A stretch of 64,000 bases of DNA from Vulcanimicrobiota bacterium (GTDB lineage Bacteria > Vulcanimicrobiota > Vulcanimicrobiia > Vulcanimicrobiales > Vulcanimicrobiaceae). The translations under genes and the position numbers were made by a program. The notes beneath the pieces are model-generated. The model made no database searches. It was not told the origin of the DNA and saw nothing but the letters and a program-made list of their open reading frames with translations. Where the stretch lies: assembly GCA_963812155.1 (NCBI GenBank), contig CAWETW010000001.1, forward strand, positions 672,001-736,000, read 5' to 3'. This document shows positions 51,854-64,000 of the stretch, piece after piece (positions within the stretch are counted from its first letter, which is position 1; each line of letters begins with the position of its first letter).

Positions 51854-52723
51854 ATGGAGCGACGAGCGCTCGGGAACATTATCCCGCTCGTCAAGGAAAG
51901 TTTCTCAGAGTATCAGCGGCATAAGGCGCAGTGGCTGGCGGCTGCGATTTCGTATTTCACGCTCTTCGCTATTGCGCCGCTGATTATCGTGATCGTCGAA
52001 ATCGCCGGCTTCTTTCTAGGCCACCATCAGGTGGTGCTCAATCAACTGTATGGCTACATGTCGTCGACTGCGGGCCCGATGGCGGCACGCGGCATCCAAG
52101 CGATCGTCACGACGACGTTCTCTCACCGAAACGCAAGTCTGTTATCGCAACTCGTGGGGTGGACCATTTTTGTCGTGGCAGCAATTGGGCTGTTTTCTTC
52201 GTTGCAAGACGCGCTCAACACCGTGTGGGACGTCGATTCGAAGAAGAGAACGTTGCTCGAGAACATCAAAGACCGCTTGCTTTCCTTCGGAATGGTTCTT
52301 GCCATTGCGTTCCTGCTGCTGGTTTCGCTGGGCTTGAACTCGATGCTCACCGTGGCAAGCGCGGCGCTTGCCAACGTTCTGCCGGCCCTTCCATCCTTAC
52401 TAAAGGCCGGCGATTTCATCGTCTCGCTCGCGCTCGTTACGGTGCTGTTCGCGGTGATGTACGAGGTGTTGCCGCAATGCCGCATTTCTTGGCGAGACGT
52501 TTGGGTGGGTGCATTCGTTTCGGCGCTGCTCTTCGTGATAGGCCAGTTTTTGTTAGGGTGGTATCTCGGCCGCGCCGGCATTTCGTCGGGCTACGGCAGC
52601 TTCGGCGGCATCATCGTCTTCTTGATTTGGGTGAACTATTCGGCACAGATCATGCTGTTCGGCGCCGAGTTAACGCACGTTTATGCGCAACGGTTTGGCT
52701 CCCTACGGCAGACGCAGGCCTAG
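51854..52723 (+). CDS. YihY/virulence factor BrkB family membrane protein
   Basis: AAAISYFTLFAIAP, LQDALN.VW, YGSFG.II.FLIWVNYSAQI.LFGAE. Confidence 0.92.
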   Translation: MERRALGNIIPLVKESFSEYQRHKAQWLAAAISYFTLFAIAPLIIVIVEIAGFFLGHHQVVLNQLYGYMSSTAGPMAARGIQAIVTTTFSHRNASLLSQLVGWTIFVVAAIGLFSSLQDALNTVWDVDSKKRTLLENIKDRLLSFGMVLAIAFLLLVSLGLNSMLTVASAALANVLPALPSLLKAGDFIVSLALVTVLFAVMYEVLPQCRISWRDVWVGAFVSALLFVIGQFLLGWYLGRAGISSGYGSFGGIIVFLIWVNYSAQIMLFGAELTHVYAQRFGSLRQTQA

Positions 52724-52749
52724 TTTCGACGTCGGCCTCCGCGATTGCA

Positions 52750-53991
52750 CTACAGGAGCTTTCGGGACAGGATTTCCAGCACGAGCGGCCAGGTAAAACG
52801 CTCGGCCGTAGCAGCACCTGCGGCGCGGATGGCGTGCGGCAGCGCCGAATCGGCGATGAGCGCGTTGAGGTAAGCGGCGAGTTCGGCGGGATCCCCGGTG
52901 TCGCACACGACGGCATTTTCGAACGGTTGTGCGTAGTCTTCGCCGGTTGAGCCCGTAACCGCGACGCCGGATGCCGCCATCACTTCGAGCCCAACAAGCC
53001 CGAACGGCTCCTTGCCGCTGTTGGCAAGCACCGCGTCGGCGACGTGATAGAGCGCGAACAGCACCTCTTCCGGCACGAACGTGCGTAAGTTGACGATCGC
53101 GGATTGCGCCTGCTTCAACGCCTCGGCAAACGCCTCGGGCTCGCGCGATGAAAGCGCGACGTCTTCGACGTCTAAGCCCAGCTGACGCGCGCGGGCAAAA
53201 ATGGCATCGCCGTAGGGTTCGCGACCGCCGCGAACGACGAGCGTCGCTTGCGGGTGCTGCGCCCGAACCTGCGCAAACGCTTCGATTGCCTGCATCCAGC
53301 GCTTGTCCTCGTCGTACCGTCCGATCTTGACGTACAGCGGCCGGCGCACGATCGCCTCGCTGAGTAACGTGACGAGTTCGTCGGGTGGGCCACCGATGAT
53401 ACGCTCGGGAATTCCGTTGGGGATGACGAGCGATTCGACGCCGCGCGCGCGTAACTCGAACTTCATGTACCGGCTGACCGTCGTGATGCGGGCGGCATCG
53501 GTGAGCGCGCGCCAGTCGATCGATTCGAAGCCGTACGTGTTGTTCGCGTTCCACATGATGCCGGCGTGCGTGCGCGTACCGCGCGCGAGAAGTTGCCGGT
53601 GGAGTTCGATCGCGGCCGGTGCCGTTTGCCAATCTTCGGCGATCACGAGCACGCGTTCGCCGCGCGCGACCGCCGGCGCGACGATCGAATCGGCCACGAA
53701 CGATGGGACGCTTGCCGTGAAGTCTTGGCTCTTCCCCCACTCGCCGTCATAGACGCCGCCCGGGTGGTATGCCGAAATCCACTGACACCAGCGCCGGTAT
53801 TCGAGGTTATCCGACGGTCGCTCGACCGTGTCGCGAGCCGGATCGCCCACGAAGACGAGCGTCGTGCGGATACCGGCGGCTGCGAGCGCAGCGGCCAGCT
53901 CGGTGACGCGCGTGCCGAGACCGCCGACCATCGAATAGGGATCCGGCCCTTCGAAGGCGAGCAGCACCGCGTTAGCCGGTAAGCCGATCAT
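52750..53991 (-). CDS. Glycosyltransferase family 4 (GT-B)
   Basis: VGGLG, AEDWQT, KIGR...DK and EPFGLVGLEVMA.G motifs. Confidence 0.85.
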   Translation of the reverse strand: MIGLPANAVLLAFEGPDPYSMVGGLGTRVTELAAALAAAGIRTTLVFVGDPARDTVERPSDNLEYRRWCQWISAYHPGGVYDGEWGKSQDFTASVPSFVADSIVAPAVARGERVLVIAEDWQTAPAAIELHRQLLARGTRTHAGIMWNANNTYGFESIDWRALTDAARITTVSRYMKFELRARGVESLVIPNGIPERIIGGPPDELVTLLSEAIVRRPLYVKIGRYDEDKRWMQAIEAFAQVRAQHPQATLVVRGGREPYGDAIFARARQLGLDVEDVALSSREPEAFAEALKQAQSAIVNLRTFVPEEVLFALYHVADAVLANSGKEPFGLVGLEVMAASGVAVTGSTGEDYAQPFENAVVCDTGDPAELAAYLNALIADSALPHAIRAAGAATAERFTWPLVLEILSRKLL

Positions 53992-54063
53992 ACGAGCGCT
54001 TTCTTATGCCGCGAGGTGAATTCCCACGAAGTGTGGGTACAGTACGGGCAGAGCATCTCGCTG

Positions 54064-54684
54064 ATGAATCTTCTAGCCGGCGTCGTGGCCCTAGCCTCCA
54101 CGAGCAGCCTAGTCGCATCGCTCGTTTCGGGAGCACCAATCGGTGGGCCCGCGGATGGTGACGGCGTGCTTGCGGCGATTTCCACGCGCAACGTCGGTCT
54201 CGAAAGTTTCACGTTTCACGCCAACGTCGCGATGGCGATGCGCCACTTTCCGTGGCTGCACTTTCACGTGCAGGGCACCGGCGATTATCGCCGCGGCGAC
54301 CACTACTTCTTGCGCCTGTCGAATCTGCCGTTCTCATCAGGCACGCACCAAATCGACTTGTCGATGATCGACACGAGCATGTGGGCGGACCGGTATCGTT
54401 ACCGAAATATCGGTGCAAACGACGGCGACGCACTGTTCGCGCTCCAATCTTTGCACGATTCATCGCTCAAATCAGCGACGGTGGCCGTGAGCCCGTCCTC
54501 CGGCGCGCATTGGGTCGATGCATCCTATGCTGACGGTACGCACATCCACATGACGGTGGGCTCTGGCGACGTTCGAGGCTTTCTGCTTCCGTCGACGCTC
54601 GACGCCGACGTCGACCGTCCGCACATGCCGCTCTCCGCCGCCGCGACGTTCAGCGACTACGTCATTTCGTCGACCACGCCGTAG
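54064..54684 (+). CDS. Hypothetical secreted protein
   Basis: Hydrophobic N-terminus and beta-rich body. Confidence 0.65.
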   Translation: MNLLAGVVALASTSSLVASLVSGAPIGGPADGDGVLAAISTRNVGLESFTFHANVAMAMRHFPWLHFHVQGTGDYRRGDHYFLRLSNLPFSSGTHQIDLSMIDTSMWADRYRYRNIGANDGDALFALQSLHDSSLKSATVAVSPSSGAHWVDASYADGTHIHMTVGSGDVRGFLLPSTLDADVDRPHMPLSAAATFSDYVISSTTP

Positions 54685-54816
54685 GGCTTACATTCGCGTC
54701 GATCCGCGGACTTTCTTGAACGGCGTGCATGATGTAGTTCAGCGACGAAGCGCAGGATATAGTGCAGCAGAAACAAAGCACCACGTCTTCCTACAAGCCC
54801 GTTGACAGGAGACTTC

Positions 54817-55317
54817 GTGGCCGACTTTGTTCTTCCCGATAAAAATAGCGCCTCACCCTTCGCCGATATGCGCGGTCATCACGTCGCCGTGCGTACGCCG
54901 AGCCTGGCAGAAGCCAAGGATTTCTATGTCGGCAAGCTCGATTTCCGGGTCGTCGCAGAATGGGATTTTGCCGACGCGAAGCTCGCATATTTTGCCCCGC
55001 CGACAGACGATCATTTCTATGTCGAGATCCTCGGCGGCGGTGACTCGCTTCCCACGGAGGTACGCCCCTACACGGACCTTGGCGATAGTCTGAAATATCG
55101 CGGCTACCACCACTTCTGCCTCACCGTTGCGAGCGTGGATCAAACGCTCGCCGCGCTTCGCGAGCGTGGCGTAGCGATCGTTGCCGAACCGTTTATCTTG
55201 CCTGCCATAAGCCGCAAGCTTGCCTTCTTCGCCGATCCATTCGGCAATCTGATCGAGTTAGCCGAAGTATTAGGGCGCCAATTCCGCAGCCACGCCGCCG
55301 ATCGGCGGCGCGGCTGA
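54817..55317 (+). CDS. VOC/glyoxalase family protein
   Basis: HHVAVR...FYVGKLDF, GYHHFCL.V, FF.DPFGNLIEL; RBS aggag. Confidence 0.85.
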   Translation: MADFVLPDKNSASPFADMRGHHVAVRTPSLAEAKDFYVGKLDFRVVAEWDFADAKLAYFAPPTDDHFYVEILGGGDSLPTEVRPYTDLGDSLKYRGYHHFCLTVASVDQTLAALRERGVAIVAEPFILPAISRKLAFFADPFGNLIELAEVLGRQFRSHAADRRRG

Positions 55318-55397
55318 GAGCGGTGGGAGACGAGTGCCGAGCGCCGGGCCGCCCTGCATTCGACGATGGTTCAGCGGCGGCAGTCCGCAACGTGGGA

Positions 55398-55434
55398 TTG
55401 ACGACAGGAACGATCCAGTTGTATACTGCAACTG
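55398..55434 (+). promoter_or_regulatory. Sigma70-type promoter overlapped by a palindromic operator
   Basis: TTGACG (55398)-N18-TATACT (55422); inverted repeat CAGTTG-tatactg-CAACTG at 55416-55434. Confidence 0.65.
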
Positions 55435-55879
55435 TTGACTCATCGAACTATTCACGCATCGCCCGTCGCCTTCGAGCAGCAGATCGTTGGACTGATCCGC
55501 GCGCTTGGGTTGCACCGACCAGACCAGACGCCTTGCGGCGCACCGATTTCAGTCAGGGAGGCACAAGCAGTGTTTGAGCTTGCCAACGATCCCGGCATTT
55601 CTCGAAAACGAACTCGCGACGTGACTGCGGTTGGAAAAGACACGGTGAGCAGGTTCGCTAAAATGCTCTAGATGCGCGGCGGCTAGATCGCTCCAGGGAC
55701 AGGGACGATTCTCGGCTGTTGAGGCTCCGGCTAACGGCGGCGGGATCAAAGGCCGTGCAACGTCTCGCCGCGTCACGACGGGCACGTTTCTCTAAGGTTT
55801 CGATGCAATCCCCGCGCATAAACGCGACGCTCTTCTCGATTCACTCTCACTCTTATCCGAGGTCCTCGATGAAACGTAG
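55435..55879 (+). pseudogene. MarR family regulator with multiple lesions
   Basis: Pieces in different frames: LHRPDQTPCGAPISVREAQA, ELAT*LRLEK.TVSR, DSRLLRLRLTAAG, DAIPAHKRDALLDSL; includes in-frame stops. Confidence 0.7.
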
Positions 55880-56358
55880 TAGATACCGGCTGTCTTAGCT
55901 ATGGCGCTCGCAGTCTACCCGCTTGCGCTCCAAGCGGACGATTCGCACCAAGGCATGGTCATGGAACACGGCGCGCAGGTCATGCCGTTCGACCAGAAGC
56001 AGGCCATGCACATGTTCTTGCCGAGCGCCAGTGGGGGCGTGGTTGAAGTCGTTGTTCACGATATGAACCGACGCAGATTGCCCTCGTTCGATCGCACTTG
56101 CTCCAAGAGGCAGCAATGTTCGCCCGAGGCGACTACTCCGACCCCGCGTACATTCACGGAAAAGCGATGCCGGGTTTAGCTCAGCTGGCGGCCGCCGCTT
56201 CTCTCGTGTCGGTCCACTACTTTGAGACGCCCAGCGGAGCGGCAATCACTCTTGCGAGCGCCGATCGGAACGTGGTCGCCACCATTCATCAGTGGCTGGC
56301 GGCGCAGCAACACGACCATAACTCGAGTGAAATGAAGCATTGCGACGTGCAGAAGTAA
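55869..56358 (+). CDS. Secreted His/Met-rich hypothetical protein (frameshifts near 55885 and 56068)
   Basis: HQGMVMEHGAQVMPFD...RSHL.QEA..FARGDYSDP..IHG.AMPGL...IHQW..AQ.HDH across two ORFs; ATG overlaps the end of marR. Confidence 0.65.
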
Positions 56359-56415
56359 GGTTCGTCCACCTGCCAGGGTGATGCGTTGCCGTACAAGGTC
56401 AACCCTGCGTTGCGG

Positions 56416-57790
56416 TTACTGCAGAAAGAAGCCGGAGAGTTCGTTCTTTGAGTCAAGCACGAACATCACGGGTTGGGACGCGCCGCTGAATACGGCGCCG
56501 TAGTGGTAGCGCCGGTAGCCTTGAACGGTATCTTGGTCGATGTATTGCAGCTTGACGAACTTGCCGTCTTTTGCAAAGTATTGAGCGATCTGCTGCACCT
56601 GGTCGGCCGTCATTGCCGACGCCATGGCGCTGCTGAGCCCGGCCGGATCGAGCTTCCCGGACAAGATCGATGTGAAGAATGCCGTGAGGCGTTTGGTTAA
56701 GCCGGGGTCTTCTTCGGCAGCCTTTGCCTTCGCGTCGGCGAGCGACTCGGCGCGCAAGACGCGAACGCGATCGGGATAGAGCGCTTCGAAGGCCACCGCG
56801 TTCATCAAATACGTTGGATACGACGACGCGTTACCGAGCGAGATGACGGCGAACCGGTCGGGGACGATCATTTCGTCTTCGGCCTCGAATCCGGGCAGAC
56901 CGCCGTGATGGCCCACGAGCGGATCGCTTCCGCCGGACGACATGCCTCGTAAGGCCGAGGCCGTATGTAACGCGATGACCGAAAGTCGAGGGCTGCGCGG
57001 CGGCAATCATGCTTTGAAGCGTCGGGCTTTGGAGGAGCACGCCGTTCATCAGCGCCACGTCGAAGCGCGCGAGGTCTTGCGCGGTTGACCACGCGTCGCC
57101 GCAGGCGTAATACCACGTGATATCGCCGGGATCGGCCGGCGCGAACGTCGCATCGGGCCGGCCGACGTAGCCCGTCGCGAGCGGTATGCCGGACGGTGGC
57201 GGACCCGCGAACGTCTGCGTCATTCCCGCGGGTTCGAAGATTTTCGCGCGAAAGTATTCGTGCAGTGCCAGGCCGGAGAGGCGTTCGACGATTTGCCCCA
57301 GCAGCACGTAGTTCGTGTTGCTGTACGCGAATGCGGAACCGGGTGCCGAAAGCAATGGCTTCACGGCCATCTGCAACAGGATTTCCGGCGGGGTCGTCGG
57401 CTTTTGTGCCGACCCGTTCGCTAACGCCGTGTCGAGGTAATCGGCAATTCCGCTGCGGTGCAGCAGCAGATCGCGAACCGTGATCGACGACGCGCTCGGA
57501 AACGACGGCTCGAATCGCGCAAGCGTGTCGTCAAGCGAGAGCTCGTGATGCTCCACGAGTTGCATGACGGCGACCGCGGTGAACAGCTTCGTGACCGAGC
57601 CGATGCGAAAGCGCGTGTCTTCGGTGACGGCCGCGTGTGCGTTGATATCGGCAATGCCGGCGACTCCGGACGCCGCAATCATGCCGTTGCTGACGACGGC
57701 ATACTGCACGCCGACGGTCTTTCCCGACTCGACGACCCGCGCTGCTTCGGTGTTTAGCGCGGACGCGAGCGCTACAGCAGCGATCAACAT
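56416..57790 (-). CDS. Serine hydrolase (beta-lactamase family) with C-terminal domain; frameshift near 56945
   Basis: GSVTK (SxxK), YSNTNY, GHHGG..GF. Confidence 0.82.
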
Positions 57791-57805
57791 GTTAGGTGTG
57801 GCCGT

Positions 57806-57992
57806 CCTTCGACTGCGCGCCTGCGGGCGCTTCGCTCAGGATGACACCATAAGGCGGCGCTTCGCTCAGGATGACACCATAAGGCGGCGCTTCGCTCAGG
57901 ATGACACCATAAGGCGGCGCTTCGCTCAGGATGACACCATAAGGCGGCGCTTCGCTCAGGATGACACATTGAAGCGTCGCTCAGGATGACAC
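57806..57992 (+). repeat. REP-like element extended by a 30-bp tandem array
   Basis: ggcgcttcgctcaggatgacaccataaggc x4 (57826-57945) plus two variant units; six copies of GCTCAGGATGACAC. Confidence 0.9.
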
Positions 57993-58003
57993 ATTGGTGG
58001 CGT

Positions 58004-59394
58004 CTAGGGGGCGACGGCGTGGGGGGCTTTGTCGACGATGGGGTTCACCCAGCCGCCGGGCGGCGTGACGCGGTCGACTTCCGACGGGCCCCAGGTTCCC
58101 GGCTCGTACTGGTAGACCGGCGTCGCGTTGTCGAGAATCGGGTCGACGATGCGCCACGCTTCCTCGACGTAATCCTGGCGGGCGAACATCGTTTGATCGC
58201 CGGCCATCGCATCGCCCAAAACGCGTTCGTACGCGTCCTCCTGCTGCGCACTCGGGTGGCGGCTGACCATGAGTTCGATCGGCACCGCCTTGTCGTCTGA
58301 ATCCGCCATAATGGCGACGCCAATCGCCAGCGTGGTATCGGGACTCAAGCGGAAGCGCACGTGGTCGGAGGTGGGAGCGATTGGAAAGATTTGCGGCGGC
58401 TTGCGCAGACGCACCACGATCTCGAGCGCCGTGTCCGGCATCTCCTTGCCGGCGCGGATGTAGAACGGGACGCCGCTCCAGCGAAACGTGTTGATGAACA
58501 GGCGCACCGCGGCGAACGTTTCCGCCTTCGAATCGGCGGCGACGCCCTTCTCCTGCAGATACCCCTTGAACTGTCCGCGCACGACGCAGCCGGGGTCCAG
58601 AGTGGGAATCGCTTGGAGCACCTGCACCTTTTCGTTACGAATCGACTCGCTATCGCTGCGCGACGACGGCTCCATCGCTACCGTGGTCAATACTTGAAAG
58701 AGATGGTTTTGAATCACGTCGCGGATTGCGCCGGTGTGATCGTAAAACACGCCGCGCCCTTGAACGCCGAAGTCCTCCGCCATGGTGATCTGCACGCTCT
58801 CGACGTATTGGCGGTTCCAAAACGATTCGAGCAGCGGATTGGAGAACCGAAAGAACGTCATGTTGCGTATCGGGCGCTTCTCGAGGAAGTGGTCGATGCG
58901 GAAGATCGACGACTCGTCGAAGAAACGGTGCAGCACGGCGTTGAGATGTTGCGCCGATTTGAGATCCTCGCCAAACGGCTTTTCAACGATAACGCGCGCG
59001 CCGGCGCTGGCGCCGCACTTCGCTAACTGCTCGATCACCGTTTCGAACATCAGCGGTGGAATCGCGAGGTAGTGCGCGGGATGCTTGGCGTCGCCGAGCT
59101 GCGTCTTGAGTTGCGCGAACGTCGCACCGTCGGCGTAGTCGCCGTCGACGTAGCGCAACAGCGTGCAGAGTTTGTTGAACGCATCGTTGTCGAGACCGCC
59201 GTGTTCCTCGACGCTGTCGCGAGCGCGGACCTTCAGTTGATCGAGATTCCAACCCGCCTTTGCGACGCCGATGACCGGCACGTCGAGGGTTCCCCGTTTG
59301 ATCATCGCCTGCAAGGCCGGAAAGATTTTCTTATACGCCAGGTCTCCGGTCGCACCGAAGAAGACGAGGGCGTCGGAATGCACCGGCTGATCGC

Positions 59395-59398
<4 letters not shown>
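58004..59398 (-). CDS. zwf: Glucose-6-phosphate 1-dehydrogenase
   Basis: [37 protein letters not shown]. Confidence 0.95.
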
Positions 59399-62019
<2,621 letters not shown>

Positions 62020-62020
<1 letters not shown>

Positions 62021-62102
62021 CTTCGACTGCGCTCCGCACTCCGTGCTTCGCTTCGCTCGGATGCGGAGCTTGACTCACGCTGGGTCTTCGCTCGGATGAC
62101 AC
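62020..62102 (+). repeat. REP-like element at the ppgK/pgi junction
   Basis: ccttcgactgcgctccgcactccgtgcttcgcttcgctcggatg...cttcgctcggatgacac. Confidence 0.7.
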
Positions 62103-62106
62103 GGTG

Positions 62107-62772
62107 TCACGCTTGGGTTCCTTTCGCTTCATCCCAGAGACGAAAACCGCCGGTAAAGGCGTTGGCGTTGTCTCCCTTGCGACACAGCGGCGGCAGCGTG
62201 TCGAGTTTCTTGACGTTCCCGCCGCCGATGACGACGTCGTCGGGTTCGAGAGCGGCAACGAGTGTTTTGACGACCTTCGCGACCTGTTCGCGCCACTTCT
62301 TCTTTCCAAACCGTTTGAGCGCGCGTTCGCCGACGTAGTCCTCGAAGGTTGCCTTCTTATAAGGAAGATGCGCCAGTTCCATCGGCTCCACCGTGCCGTC
62401 GGTGATGAGCGTCGTGCCCAACCCGGTACCGAGCCCCAAGAAGAGCATCTTTCCGCCGTGGTAACTGCCGAGGGCCTGCATCGCCGCGTCGTTGACGATT
62501 TTCACCGGCTTACCGAAAGCGCTTTCGAAATCGAAGCCCACCCAACCGCGCCCGAGGTTGCGCGGATCCGCGACGGGTTTCCCGTGCAGGACCGGACCGG
62601 GATAGCCCATCGAAACGACGTCGTAATCCCAATCTGAGGTCGCGTGCTTAACACCGTCGACCATCGCTTGCGGCGTCATTTCCGGGCCCGACGCGAACTC
62701 GCGCTTCTCAGTCGCCCCCGTGACGAGGCATTTCACGTGCGTGCCGCCGATGTCGATGCTCAAAACGTTCAT
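62107..62772 (-). CDS. ppgK: ROK family (polyphosphate) glucokinase
   Basis: IDIGGT, GYPG, NDAAMQALG, GLGTGLG, ELAH, IGGGN. Confidence 0.75.
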   Translation of the reverse strand: MNVLSIDIGGTHVKCLVTGATEKREFASGPEMTPQAMVDGVKHATSDWDYDVVSMGYPGPVLHGKPVADPRNLGRGWVGFDFESAFGKPVKIVNDAAMQALGSYHGGKMLFLGLGTGLGTTLITDGTVEPMELAHLPYKKATFEDYVGERALKRFGKKKWREQVAKVVKTLVAALEPDDVVIGGGNVKKLDTLPPLCRKGDNANAFTGGFRLWDEAKGTQA

Positions 62773-62779
62773 CGTGGCG

Positions 62780-64000
62780 TTATGCGCCTCGCTGGGCGTC
62801 GGTGACCTTCTTGCGTCCGGTCTCGAACGGATGCGTGCCGCTTTCGCAATACTCGGCGTGCTGCTGGATGAGCTTCGCGATCAATCCCGTCCAGCCGGTT
62901 TGGTGACTGGCACCGAGCCCCTCACCGGTGTCGCCGTTGAAATATTCGAAGAACAACATGTGGTCGCGCCAGTGCGGATCGTTTTGAAATTTTTCGCTCG
63001 ACCCATACACGGGACGCCGGCCATCGGGACCGGCGGCGAACAGGTTGATGAGGCGATGCGAGAGTTCCATCGAGACTTCCCAGAGCGTGAGCATGCGGCC
63101 CGACCCGGTCGGGCACTCGACCTTGAAATCGTCGCCCGCCTGATAGTGGAACTTTTGCAGCGCCTCCACGAGCAGGAAGTTCATCGGAAACCACACCGGT
63201 CCGCGCCAGTTGGAGTTTCCGCCGAACGTGCCGGTCGTCGATTCGGCCGGTTCGTAGTCGACGCGATAGGTTTGGCCGCCGATTTCGAGCCCGAACGGAT
63301 GCTCGCGATGGTATTTCGACATCGAACGAATTCCGAACGGACTCAAGAAATGTTCTTCGTCGAGCGCGCGTGCGAGAATTCGTTCGAGGCGCTCGTGATC
63401 GACGACCGCGAGCAATAAGCGCCCGTCATAGCCTTCGCTATCGAGCGACGCGACGTTGGCGCAGAGCGCCGGCGAGTTTTCCAGGAACCACATCAACCGC
63501 TCACGGAAATCCGGAATCCGCAAACCCATACCGCGCTCGCCGACGGCGATCGCAAAGAGCGGCAGCAATCCGACCAGCGATCGCACCTTGAGCGGAACGG
63601 CGCGCCCGTCGCCGAGTTTGAGCACGTCGTAGTAGAAGCCGTCTTCGTCGTCCCAGAGGCCGTCTTCGCCGGCGAGGCTGTTGAGCGCGTGCGCGATGTA
63701 GAGAAAGTGTTCGAAGAACTTCGATGCGATGTCTTCGTAGACGTGGTTGTGCTGCGCGATTTCGAGCGCCATCGCGAGCAGGTTTAAGGTGTAGACCGCC
63801 ATCCAGGCGGTGCCGTCGGACTGATTGATGTGGCCGCCGGTCGGCAGGCGCGCCGAACGGTCGAAGATGCCGATGTTGTCGAGCCCGAGGAAGCCGCCTT
63901 GGAAGACGTTGTTGCCCTCGACGTCTTTGCGGTTGACCCACCACGTGAAGTTCAGCAGCAGTTTTTGAAAGATGCGCTCGAGGAATTCGCGGTCGCCGAC
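62780..64000 (-). CDS. MGH1-like glycoside hydrolase, second paralog (5' part outside the window)
   Basis: [50 protein letters not shown]. Confidence 0.9.
   Translation of the reverse strand, partial: VGDREFLERIFQKLLLNFTWWVNRKDVEGNNVFQGGFLGLDNIGIFDRSARLPTGGHINQSDGTAWMAVYTLNLLAMALEIAQHNHVYEDIASKFFEHFLYIAHALNSLAGEDGLWDDEDGFYYDVLKLGDGRAVPLKVRSLVGLLPLFAIAVGERGMGLRIPDFRERLMWFLENSPALCANVASLDSEGYDGRLLLAVVDHERLERILARALDEEHFLSPFGIRSMSKYHREHPFGLEIGGQTYRVDYEPAESTTGTFGGNSNWRGPVWFPMNFLLVEALQKFHYQAGDDFKVECPTGSGRMLTLWEVSMELSHRLINLFAAGPDGRRPVYGSSEKFQNDPHWRDHMLFFEYFNGDTGEGLGASHQTGWTGLIAKLIQQHAEYCESGTHPFETGRKKVTDAQRGA

Noticed and set aside
55284..55320. Strong palindrome cagccacgccgccgatcggcggcgcggctg as an ncRNA or mobile element end
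   Set aside because: Single copy at a gene end, most simply a terminator-like hairpin
57826..57992. CRISPR array
   Set aside because: Units are identical with no unique spacers of CRISPR length, the repeat belongs to the dispersed REP-like family, and no cas genes are present

Overview
GC-rich bacterial chromosome segment. The gene content suggests a soil Eremiobacterota/Vulcanimicrobiota-like organism; this is an inference from the expanded secreted beta-propeller lipoproteins, the GloVer repeats and the MalT-like regulator. In order, the window holds: (i) a secreted Tyr/Gly/Pro/Gln-rich repeat protein facing a coupled pair of genes for a CHRD protein and a type-3 copper (tyrosinase/hemocyanin-like) protein; (ii) an accessory stretch containing gene debris; (iii) a peptidoglycan-recycling operon (nagZ, serine hydrolase, anmK, sugar kinase, murQ, DUF4127); (iv) general-stress genes and a glycogen cluster (MGH1-like, GDE, glgB, glgX, malQ, NTP-transferase/PMM) interrupted by a MalT-like regulator and a propeller lipoprotein; (v) a cluster of secreted lipoproteins; (vi) an MGH1-like/ppgK/pgi/gnd/zwf operon. 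A REP-like palindromic element (CCTTCGAC-hairpin-CGCTCAGSRTGACAC) occurs at 7 loci, all in the same orientation. It forms tandem arrays of its 3' end, sits in frame inside one gene, and marks the exact breakpoint of a truncated Uma2 gene. Many genes carry single-base frameshifts that are probably assembly errors. No rRNA, tRNA, CRISPR array or transposase was recognised.
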